The translations under genes and the position numbers were made by a program. Positions 1-12,100 of a stretch of DNA of 64,000 bases are shown here, in pieces (position 1 is the stretch's first letter; every line of letters starts with the position of its first letter). A model generated the notes under the pieces. The model made no database searches, was not told the origin of the DNA, and saw only the letters and a program-made list of their open reading frames with translations. The DNA is from Enoplolaimus lenunculus (taxonomy: Eukaryota), in NCBI GenBank assembly GCA_030248215.1, contig JASANG010000273.1, positions 372,001 through 436,000 on the forward strand. Direction: 5' to 3'.

Positions 1-2260
1 CACAGTTTCATTACATTTCCAATAACTGCACAGTTTCATTACATTTACAATAACTGCGCAGTTTCATTACATTTCCAAAAACTGCACAGTTTCATTACAT
101 TTCCAAAAACTGCACAGTTTCATTACATTTCCAAAAACTGCACAGTTTCATTACATTTCCAAAAACTGCACAGTTTCATTACATTTCCAAAAACTGCACA
201 GTTTCATTACATTTCCAAAAACTGCACAGTTTCATTACATTTCCAAAAACTGCACAGTTTCATTACATTGCTAAATACTGCACAGTTTCATTACATTTCC
301 AAAAACTGCACAGTTTCATTACATTGCTAAACACTACACAGTTTCATTACATTTCCAATAACTGCACAGTTCATTACATTTACAATAACTGCACAGTTTC
401 ATTACATTTCCAAAACCGCACAGTTTCATTACATTTTTGAAAACTGCGCAGTTTCGTTACATTTCCAAAAACTGCACAGTTTCATTACATTCCCAAAAAC
501 TGCACAGTTTCATTACATTCCCAAAAACTGCACAGTTTCATTACATTTCCAAAAACTGCACAGTTTCATTACATTTCCAAAAACTGCACAGTTTCATTAC
601 ATTTCCAAAAACTGCACAGTTTCATTACATTTCCAAAAACTGCACAGTTTCATTACATTTCCAAAAACTGCACAGTTTCATTACATTTCCAAAAACTGCA
701 CAGTTTCATTACATTTCCAAAAACTGCACAGTTTCATTACATTTTTGAAAACTGCGCAGTTTCGTTACATTTCCAAAAACTGCACAGTTTCATTACATTT
801 CCAAAAACTGCACAGTTTCATTACATTTCCAAAAACTGCACAGTTTCATTACATTTCCAAAAACTGCACAGTTTCATTACATTTCCAAAAACTGCACAGT
901 TTCATTACATTGCTAAACACTACACAGTTTCATTACATTTCCAAAAACTGCACAGTTTCATTACATTTCCAAAAACTGCACAGTTTCATTACATTTCCAA
1001 AAACTGCACAGTTTCATTACATTTTTGAAAACTGCGCAGTTTCGTTACGTTTCCAAAAACTGCACAGTTTCATTACATTCCCAAAAACTGCACAGTTTCA
1101 TTACATTTCCAAAAATGCACAGTTTCATTACATTGCTAAATACTGCACAGTTTCATTACATTTCCAAAAACTGCACAGTTTCATTACATTGCTAAACACT
1201 ACACAGTATCATTACATTTCCAATAACTGCACAGTTTCATTACATTTCCAAAACCGCACAGTTTCATTACATTTTTGAAAACTGCGCAGCTTCGTTACAT
1301 TTCCAAAAACTGCACAGTTTCATTACATTCCCAAAATCTGCACAGTTTCATTACATTCCCAAAAACTGCACAGTTTCATTACATTTCCAAAAACTGCACA
1401 GTTTCATTACATTTCCAAAAACTGCACAGTTTCATTACATTTCCAAAAACTGCACAGTTTCATTACATTTCCAAAAACTGCACAGTTTCATTACATTTCC
1501 AAAAACTGCACAGTTTCATTACATTTCCAAAAACTGCACAGTTTCATTACATTTCCAAAACCGGCACAGTTTCATTACATTTCCAAAAACTGCACAGTTT
1601 CATTACATTTCCAAAAACTGCACAGTTTCATTACATTTCCAAAAACTGCACAGTTTCATTACATTTCCAAAACCGGCACAGTTTCATTACATTACTAAAT
1701 ACTGCACAGTTTCATTACATTTCCAAAAACTGCACAGTTTAATTACATTACTAAATACTGCACCGTTTCATTACATTTCCAAAAACTGCAGTTTCATTAC
1801 ATTTCCAAAAACTGCACAGTTTCATTGCATTTCCAAAAACTGCACAGTTTCATTGCATTTCCAAAAACTGCACAGTTTCTTTACATTTCCAAAAACTGCA
1901 CAATTTCATTACGTTTCTAAAAACTGCACAGTTTCATTACATTTCCAAAAACGGCACAATTTCATTACGTTTCTAAAAACTGCACAGTTTCATTACATTT
2001 CCAAAAACTGCACAATTTCATTACGTTTCTAAAAACTGCACAGTTTCATTACATTTCTAAAAACTGCGCAGTTTCATTACATTGCTAAATACTGCACAGT
2101 TTCATTACATTTCCAAAAACTGTACAGTTTCATTGCGTTTCCAAAAACTGCACAGTTTCATTAGTTTTCCAAAAACTGCACAGTTTCATGACATTTCCCA
2201 AAACTGCATAGTTTCAGCACAATTCTAAAAACTGCACAGTTTCGTTACATTTCTAAAAAA
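1..2260. repeat. 28-bp tandem satellite array (about 80 units, runs off the left edge)
   Basis: Unit CCAAAAACTGCACAGTTTCATTACATTT with period 28 (e.g. 121 to 149). The ORFs over it repeat every 28 aa, equal to 3 units. Units degenerate toward 2260. Confidence 0.98.
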
Positions 2261-2786
2261 TTTCAGACAATAATTATTAATAAAAGTATATACTTTAGTC
2301 TGCTAATTAAAAGCGTTTTATTCAAACATGAAAGTGCTAAATAGTGAATTTTAGGACTGAAATTACTGCTTAAAACAGGCTCTTGTACACATTCCTCCAA
2401 TACGATTAGACCTAAGCTTGGCACAAGACTTTACCTATGATGCAGAGGCATAAGCCTTAGCCTCAGTCTAAGCTAAAGATTTTTATCGTTTTATTCACTG
2501 ACAAAGAGTTGAAACAATTTCACTGCTGGCAAGCTTCAAGGTATTTGCAGACAATGAAATAATTTACCTTGATAATTGTAAAAACAGCACAGTGTAAAGA
2601 TGAGGAGCGGCACGTTGTCTGTCAGTTTGGAATAGAATTCGCTTAAGCTTTCAACCAATTTTTCGCTTCAGCTTTGGCTTTGGTATAAATCTCATTCTTA
2701 AGCTTAGACCCAGGCTTAGGCTTATCAACATGCTTATACTACTGTTCCAGCTCTGTTCTATACATTGGCCAAACAACAAAACTAAC

Positions 2787-5700
2787 CAAGGTTAAGCAGG
2801 CATATTTACAGGTTGGCAATAATGATTTTGCGCAACAACTTCTTGGAACGTAAAATTCGCTGATTGCAGTGCAACTAAAAAAGACAACAGTAACATGAAT
2901 TTGTAAAACTCTTACTAAAAAATTTCGTAAACATATTTTAAATTTTAACAAAAACCCTCACAGATTAGGGTCCGTATTATCAAATGTGTATAGCAACTGT
3001 CTGCTGAACTCAAAATGGGTGCAGAAGTAGAGCATATTGGATGTGGAAAATGGGTACAGGAGTAGAGCATATTTGATTTGGAAAATGCATGAAAATTTCA
3101 GTCTCTGCTTTCACTAGTTTGAAAACTACAAGACCTATTACCAACTGGGCCCTGCCAAGGCCCGCTGGCCCGGGCCAGGCCCATGTCAGGGCGCGGGTTC
3201 CGCGGGTCTAAGCGGGCCGTTCATGGGCTTGGGGCCAACATTTGGGCCCGTGAGCCGAAATAAATCGGAGCAGTCAGTATCCTCTTTTTGTCCCATGAGC
3301 CCATGAAATAGACCACTGGTTTTGATATTAGGTATAATAAGACTTAGATACGTATTTTTGAACCTCAATTCTTTTCAAGGTATATTGAAAAGTAGGGTTA
3401 CGTTCTTCAAACATTTCGTAGGAGTGTTTTTTGAGTTCCTAAATCGCAACCATTCGCACCAATTCGGATGTAAAAAGTTTTGTAGTCTAGTGAACTAACA
3501 AGCCAGCGTGTTGGTAATCTAGAATTTGAACAGCAGAGGTTCTGCTGCTACTTCAAGAAATTCGTTAATTACCGGTGTCAAAACACAGTGCTACTTCTAT
3601 TGTTAAATAAACTCGCTAGGCGCGTGCTTGGTATGCAAGCTATTACGAACGAATGTGAGCGGCATTTTAGTGATGGTAGTACCCATTTTAGACCGCCTAA
3701 AACACGGTATCAAACTATTTTATTTGAAATTAAGCTTTTCAATAGAGTAGCTTAGCGTAGTGTTTGAGAGCTTGAACTGTGAGGGGTTCATTGCAGTGGC
3801 ACACCTTAATCATTTTTAGACAGCAATAAAAATTTAAAATTTATTTGAATCATGTCTGAGTATTCTTCTTCCTTTATATATTAACAATGATTGATTGAAC
3901 CAGTTGCGGGGGGATTCAAAAAGTGTCCCTACTTGTACGTCAGACCCACATGTTGCCAACTGTTCCAGTTTAAGTATTCAACGCCGTCTACATCAGTAAT
4001 GTCCGCACCACAGCATTCAAAGCCGGATTGAACTGAATCGATGTTTTCTTTTAATTTAACGTCCAACAAGTAGTGTTTCATTGCCTGGTTGACATTCTAG
4101 AAACAGGTATCTGAATGAAACATTAACGTTGCTTTGATTAATTTTAACAAATTTTTTGTACGTGTGGCATAGAAATAATTATTATTTTGGAGTAGTGACC
4201 CGAATAAAAGAGAGTAATGAGAGGAAGCACCATTTGAGACCGATTTAACAGGACTCAGTATCCTTAATAAGACACCGTAAACGTTTAGACCCTAAGAGCT
4301 AAGTATAGCATTGCATTACCGCTCAAGCTTTTGATGCAAGACAAAGTGCGGGCTAAAAAGCTCCGTTAATAGCGAATCTTGACAACTAAAACTTTTAAAG
4401 TTGCTCTAAAATTTAAAAACTCACAGAATAGCATAGTTCTAAAATTTCACTACAGAAATTGACAAAAACTCCGGTAAAAGTTACCGGAACCGGAGGCACA
4501 ACTTTCTGCCAAAGCAAAAGCCAGAGACAAACTTTCGGTTCAATCCTGATGTCTTTTATTTCCTGCCGTTTGCCTGTCTATGCTTGCGGTTTTATACCGG
4601 TTGACTATATAGTAACACTCACATACATATATGGATATATTATGATAAGTGTCGGCTCTTTTATACACTTCACCCCCCACTTATATTTTGTTAGGTTTAG
4701 CATAAGGCTTACCTATATATAATGATTTACCTACACCTTTGCCTAAGCCTTGAATATAGCAACGCTTGCGTTTTTGTTTAACTTGTAAAACCTTAAATGT
4801 TAGGGGAAACTGTTCCAGGGCCCGCTTCTATGTACCTGGTTGAAAGCGTTCTGATCTAAGTTTGAAACAACTCGGCACACAACTGCCAAGCATGCGTCAG
4901 TTAACGTTGCAAAAAACGCAAACCAAACAATGCATTTTGCTGTCCATGGCCAAGACTCACCCCAATGAGTTCGAAATGATCGCGAGTCGTAAGAAAGTTT
5001 GGCAAAAATGACAAAAATTAGCGCAGAAATGAGATGAACGCAATATAGAGCCTGAAATTTGTAATATTCGTCACTGCCAAACAAGTGTCTTCTCTACACA
5101 TTGTGACTTTATTTATGGCTGCAGTTTGAAGAAGTGTTGACATCCAGCCACTACGCGATTTTCAGTTGTAAAACATAAAATTTTTTGTTTTCGTGTTTTA
5201 AAAACTAGTTTTAGTGTTTTATTTTAGGTCAATTTTGCGTTATGCTTTTCAGTGGGGATGCCTAACCCCTGCACTTGCTGCGATTTGGATTGATATTAAG
5301 CAGGATGGGGTGCTGCCGCCTCCCAAGCTTAATGACTAGTTTGAGCTGTTTTGAAGCGCTAAGCTTGGGGAACTACAAAAGTGCCGGAGTCATAATGGGA
5401 ACTTGACGTATTGCACAGCTAAATTTTCGTTATTGTAACAAATCTGTAGTTCAAATAGGTGCGTCTAAATTTCTTGTAAGTGTACCAGCGAGGTGTGAGT
5501 ATGAAAGGTTTCAAATTGCGTGTAAAAATTTGTTAATCTTTTACCCAGATTAACGTTGGATGGTTTTAGAAAAAGGTCAATTTTAAACTTTTTACCGTTT
5601 TTGTGAAAAATAATTATTAATTGAAATTTTATCGTTTTTTGTTAGAAATGTTTCAAGCCAAAACTATGCGGCGCTAAATTTAATTTTTGTAAAATTAAAC

Positions 5701-6313
5701 TATTTTACTGGAGACAGAAGAAAATAACGGAGGATATAACGGCGTGTGACGGGTTGCAATATATCCTGCCTGGGCTAATTGCCCCCGGTAAAGAACAAAT
5801 TAATCGGGTAAAGCACGGGTCGTGCAAATAATCTTTATCCGTTTGACTTCTGAATTTACTTTCAACGGCTTGAATGGAAAGCAAAATGTATGCCTGCTAC
5901 ACTACTCTATATACTGAGACGTTCTATTTTAGAAAACTTTCCGAAATATCAAGTTTGATCGGCAAAAATGAATTAAAAAAATTTCCTCGATATTTCAGTT
6001 GTGTGCTGGGCGTCGTTAAAAATACCGTTTTACCCAGGGGGTACCCTCGTCCAGCATGTACCTTTGGATAGATTAATAATTTAACACTTAACAAAATAAA
6101 GTATTTACTTACCATCATTGTATCCGGTACTAGTGTTGTATCTTCCGGAAGCAAAAACGTTACATAAGACACCAGAGCAGAATGGGTCCATACGCCAAAA
6201 CCAACAATGCCAATAGAAAATACCACAACGTAGATGCTGGTTGCAAATGCTGCCGTGCTTAGGTTTCTACGGCCTGATTCAGTTAGGTAGGCTGTTTCAC
6301 AGGTTAGTGGCAT
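2787..6313 (-). CDS. Peripherin-2/ROM1 (RDS)-like tetraspanin, 3' end unresolved
   Basis: GT-AG exons: 6313-6113 (MPLTCE..LTESGRRNL..TM1..LVPDTMM), 5051-4836 (IFAKLSYD..SWPW, TM2/TM3), 4096 to about 3950 (AMKHY..IDSVQSGFECCG) and 2874-2787 (VPRSCC..PTC). These carry the tetraspanin CCG and PxSCC motifs. The N-terminus parallels peripherin motifs as I recall them (VPNSL, KICYD, WKPW). A linking exon near 3690-3640 is possible. No TM4 exon was found. Confidence 0.85.
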
Positions 6314-6397
6314 TTGAAGTTGTATAATTGCTAACTTTTAGGTAAAATGTATCGTACACACTGAGCAAGCGTAAAAAATAATAGCCCAACTTAGGGT

Positions 6398-6665
6398 GGC
6401 GCTATACTTGTCGTTGGTCGGCGAGCTTCACCATCCGTCGTTGTCCGTCACCATCGGTCACCATCCCTCACAGTCCCTTGCTGAGCATCGACGACCGGAA
6501 CCGACCCTTGCCGTGCGTTGACGTCTGTCACAATGCGGTATCGTGCGTAGAGTTATTTACGTACTGATGCCGCATAGTAGAGCACGGTGGCCGACAGTGA
6601 CGCACGACGCCGGATGGAGCCGGGCGGTGAGGGATGGCACAGGACGTCATCAAAAGTATAGCGCC
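6398..6665. mobile_element. Palindromic MITE with GGCGCTATACTT TIRs and TAGGGT flanking duplication
   Basis: GGCGCTATACTT at 6398 and AAGTATAGCGCC ending 6665. Internal inverted arms CCATCCCTCAC/GTGAGGGATGG. TAGGGT on both flanks. A related degenerate copy lies near 18475-18900. Confidence 0.75.
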
Positions 6666-9122
6666 TAGGGTGTGAAAACGGATATTAAAAGTAACGGAAA
6701 CGAAAACGAATAGCGATCAAAATAAGGAAATGGAAACGAAAACGGATATTGACGTAAATAAGTTTCAAATATGTTTTATTTTTTTGCCAACACAATTGAG
6801 GCATGCAAATATTAACAGGGCTTTATAAAATTGTTAAGAAAAAATGTCAGCTGCATCGTAGTTTTGAAGATATTTCATGAATTTCGCTATTTTTATTACA
6901 TTTCGAACAATTGCAGTATCTCTGTAATGAAAAATTGTGAGATATGTACATAAATATAACTAATTTTGTGCGTAAAAATAACAGAATTTCCGGTATTTCT
7001 ATATCGGCAAGGAAAACGAACGCCGATTTTCATCGGAAACAGAAACGGAAACGGATAGCATCAGAGTTGATTTTTTAATGCTTAAAATAGTGTTTGACAA
7101 ATGCTAGAAGCGTTTACTTATAGTGTTTAGCTACAAGTAATTTTCATTACAGACTTTCTCAGCTTATAAAAAAACCTTTTTGAAATATGATGTTTGAATC
7201 ACATGACCGTATCCTCAAATGTGTGTAGCAGCTATCACCAGTTAGTGATAGGTCTTGAAACTTTCGATTATCTCTGAACGGAGAGCTTAGGAATTCATCA
7301 CAGTTTTCACGTTTTATTTACCCTATTCCTGTGCAAAATTTGAGATTTGTAGCCCCAACAGTTTGTGAGTTTGAAAACCTATTTACCAACTGGTGATTGA
7401 TGCTATACACAATTGAGAATTCGAGCTCTGGAAAGAGTTTAAAATACCGTTTTGACACAATTCCTGTCGCCAAAAACAGTTAATAAAATGTGGGCATTTT
7501 TATACTGTTGACAAATGTCTCAAGTTTTGATTGTTGAGCCAATGTATAAAACAAGGACGTAATAATAGTATAAACGTATTCCTAAGACTAAGCCTAAAAC
7601 CTAAGGGAAAACGTAAGAATAATCTTATACCTAAGCCTAAGCCTGACCTGAGAAAAAATTAATCTCGCAAAAATCATTCTTCCTGATCTTTTCATGGTCC
7701 GCGATAAAGAAAATAAACAAAACCAATTTTGAACTTTAAAATATGTAGATTTAAAAAGTAATGCTGATTACTGATTTAAATTCCACTGAGTAGCGGGATA
7801 TTCTGTAATAGAATGTGCAATGAAAAATCAAATATGGCAATATTAAAATATTCAGCTACTCTGCATGAAGTCATTGGAGTACGGGAAACTAAAAATATCC
7901 TTAATTCAATTAAAATTAAATTTCGAAGTGACAGTTTTAATTTTAACTACGGTGCCATATTTGCCATGTATAAAAAGTTTAATTAATTACAAAGAAGCTC
8001 ATTCTCTCTGCCTATTGATTATTGGTCGGCTCCTCTGACCACTGAGCTACCAAATTCATACCTTGAGTAAACTCATTTATCTTGACCACGTCCGTTCATC
8101 GCGTACTTACATTTTTCCACCATTTTGAGCTTTTTAGGTTTTGGCATATAATGCAAGCTTATGTTTAGGAATAGGCTTAAACTTGTGGGGAAAAAGTGTT
8201 TTAATATGAGATTATGCTATTTGAAAAAATTTTAATTTTTTGGGTCTACTGTCGCAATACTTACATCGTTTGGGTCATGTTAATTATAAAGGGCCTACCC
8301 AGTATGACTAAGTGTAAGATTCGGTTCTGGACCGGCCCAAAACCGAAACTTTGATGGGTCCTAGCTGCTGTGCTTATATTTTACATCCCTAGAAAAGTTG
8401 TTCCCACATCCCTCGTTTCAAATATATAAAATATTTGCTGCGGTCAATTTTAATTTAGTTATACATTAACTTGGTAAAATCTAGATTTTCACGTTCTATA
8501 AATTGCTATTTAAGCAAACATTGGCAGGGTTTCTGAAATCTTACTTAAGTATTTACTTAAGCAATGCGTAAGTATATACTTAAGTCAATAATTTAAGTAA
8601 ATACTTAACTTTTCCAACAAAACAGGTAAACGATTAACTTGTAAAATTTAGACTTTCACGTTCTATATTAAATTGATATTTAAGCAAACATTGGCTGGGT
8701 TTCTGAAATCTTTACTTAGCACGTACGTAACAATTAAATTATACTTAAGTAGAATTTTAGAAAACCTGTCATTAACTCGCTTGTTAGCGCGAAGTTCAGG
8801 TAGGGTCGGGACTCTTTCTTTTTACATTTACGTTTAGAATTAGGCTCAGGTTTAGGCTGAGAACGCTTAGATATGCCTAACGAAAACCTAAGCCATTGCG
8901 CAAGTCTCTGTAGAGCATAAGTTTTAGTCTAAGCCCCAAAGTGCGGCGTAGGAAGCGAAGGCTTTTGAATAACCAGTTGTTTAAAATTCATGCTGTATTA
9001 AAATTTGATATTTAATGAGTTAGAATTCTTCAATTTTGTAGGATTTTTTAAAATTCGTTCATAATACTATTTTTCAAAAATTTGGGACAATACACACAAG
9101 AAACATGCAGCTAATTTAACAA

Positions 9123-12100
9123 TTAGACAAATAGTGTTAAAATAGCTTCATAAAAGTTGTACGATCTATTCTTTCTAGGTGAAAATTTTCCATCGACTTT
9201 AAGATCTTCGGTATTTTCCTTGAAATTTCGATTTCGATGTTGTTTTTGACGATTTTCGCCGTTGGACCGGACGTTGGTTTGTTGCTGATTTGACGCACAA
9301 CTTAAGTTTTGATTGTGGAGGCTCGCATCTAAAAAAGTATCGTCAAAACTGAAAATTGTTATCAATGGAAAAAATTAAAAATTTGCACTTAAGGATCAGC
9401 GGCAAAATTGGTCATTCTCGCAAGCGTGCGGGCGGTACGTTTTGTTCAATCAGAGGCCCAATAACAAATGTCTAAAAATGATTGGCCCAAAAAACAGACC
9501 GCATTAAAATTTCAAATATTTTTCCAATCTTTTTCGAGCCATGTTTTTGTTCATCGCCTGTAAAATGAAATACCCAAACTTTTGAATGAGTGGAACTGGC
9601 TCAACGACATTTGTTAATTATTACGAAAAGTCAATACGTACCTTGAAACTAATGCAACTTCCACAATATCATGCGTACATTCAAGTTACCCAAAGTATGG
9701 CTGATAAACACTGAATCCAGCAAAGCTTATGCGTTTCCAAAAATCAGACAATAAAAACTTAAATTTAAAATTTAAAATTTTCACTCACCTCGGTATATTT
9801 TTCTGTGCCACCGGTTCCACTTGTAAATTTTCATGTTCTTCTTTGGAACTGTCGTAGCCTCGTCGAGCAGTGTCATGAGCAGAAGTATTCGGCAACTCTG
9901 GATCACTCCATACATTCTGTTGACCGAAGATTGCAACTTTGGTGCTAAATTTCCCGGTAAGTCCAGCAGGATGTCGTTCTCGTTTTTGGGGAGGCGGTCC
10001 AGCGCGAACCGGAGGTGACTCTACATCACAAGCGGAATCTTGGTCGCTACTAGACGGTCCGCCTAAGTAGCCGTTTGATGATGGATACGACCGGAAACGG
10101 ACCATAGGTCTCGGCTGTTCAGTTTCCGCTGGTTCTGAAATTAACCCCTTCTCACATTGAGTTGCCTATAGGCAACACAGCGCAGTGTATATACGCCAAA
10201 TAATATATATCGCACCGTGTTTAACAATTGCAACACGTATATATAGTACTAAATCACCACAAGACGTGAGAGCCCCCTCGTACTCGAGCGTCAAGCTCCT
10301 ATAGCTGAGTGGTGATGGTGTACGCCTCCCATTCGAGCCACTGGAGCTCGAACACTAGCATAAAAGTAGGTCTCACGGGAAATAGAAAATATTCATGTGA
10401 GAAAGGGTTAAAAACAGTTTTGGATGTTTGAATAATCAAAAAAATTACAGGGTTTATAGTTGAAAATTTCGAATCAGTAATTGTAATTCTTCGCCGAAAA
10501 TAAACCTTGTCTAATTTATATTTTTCAAATATGGGGAAGCCAAATAAGTACTGTACATGCACGACATACATACACATCAACATTCTCATGCTATGAAACT
10601 TAAGGGGCTCCTTGCGGGAGAATTTCTCGTATGCACGCTATGATAATATTCCAATCGTAAAATTGCTTCCCTGAACAGCAATTGTCGTCTGGGACGTACC
10701 AGTTACCAACTGGGGCAAATAGCTGTTTGGGGCACGACTTATATACATGTCAAGTCAATATTCTAAAATCTGTGTAGTATTTAAATTTCCAACTTACGTT
10801 CATATATACATTCTTCGATATTTTTCAAATATGGGGAAGCCAAATAAGTACTGTACATGCACGACATACATACACATCAACATTCTCATGCTATGAAACT
10901 TAAGGGGCTCCTTGCGGGAGAATTTCTCGTATGCACGCTATGATAATATTCCAATCGTAAAATTGCTTCCCTGAACAGCAATTGTCGTCTGGGACGTACC
11001 AGTTACCAACTGGGGCAAATAGCTGTTTGGGGCACGACTTATATACATGTCAAGTCAATATTCTAAAATCTGTGTAGTATTTAAATTTCCAACTTACGTT
11101 CATATATACATTCTTCGATTGCTTCCAATTGTGCCAGCAGATCATGGAACGATGTCATTGTGGCATGACCTGCAATTAATTATTCAGAATAAACTCAAGC
11201 AAATAAGTTAGCCTGTTCTTGTAAGCTGTTGTCCCATATTAACACTTAAAGCTAGAATTATATATCGTTCAGCGTTGTACTTACGAAACAACTTTTGGTA
11301 AAAGCTTAATAGGCGTTCAGCTAATTTTTCTATTTTCTAAAAATTAAGCATAAGTTTGTGTTAACATATAAAAAACTGTACAATAGCAGAAAGGTGTTTT
11401 CTGAAAAACCATCCTATGAATTCACAGGATGACTTTTGTAAAATATTTTTTCTGAATAAAGCTAGGAATTTTTAACTTTTTAAATTTTTGCTTACAATGT
11501 TTTTGAAGTGCTGCCTTGAACGTTCGAGTTTTTTCATGTAAGCTGTGAATATTTTTGGTTTTCGACGGACCTGAAACGATATAACTAAGCAAACACTAGT
11601 AACAAAATTCGAATTTTTTCTGCTTCAATCGTATGGCAAAGACGTTATATCCAAGGTGTAATCGGATATTTGTTTCCGGTAAAAATTGGTGTCGGTTTTC
11701 TTTTCCGTTATTGAAATACCGGAAATACCGTTACTTTTACGCATAAAATAGGTTATTAATCACTGACTGCTATAAATTTTTAATTCACCCATGTTACTTG
11801 GACCGACACCTTATATATATACTTCTTTTTGTTCTGTTTGGGCTGAACTGACTTGCTCCGAAGCATTTTCGTTGATCGCCATGCCCGTTAATGTTTTTTC
11901 TATGATTTAATTTTATGCGGGTTCTGTAAACGGCTGTTACATATTTGCGCAATCTAGGCTCTGTTATGGATTCATGTTGTAAGTTATGAACTGCGTCCAC
12001 AAATGGACTCTAAAGAGGGATACCGGTTTCAATTGATTGGGACACAAATGGGGACCCCTCTACTTCCTTAACAATCCCTTTTATTCGGATCTATACTGCG

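Noticed and set aside
437..1742. Three repetitive ORFs (KTAQFHYISKNCTVSLHFQKLHSFITFP)n
   Set aside because: They are a by-product of a stop-free 28-bp satellite. All three frames give the same peptide, starts are TTG, and indels break the frames.
1..2260. CRISPR-like 28-bp partly palindromic repeats
   Set aside because: The units are head-to-tail with no unique spacers, there are no cas genes, and the context is eukaryotic.
2565..2660. Candidate TM4 exon of the tetraspanin (ESLSEFYSKLTDNVPLLIFTLCC)
   Set aside because: The DNA is the right arm of a TTAGGC-MITE copy (matches about 62520-62584).
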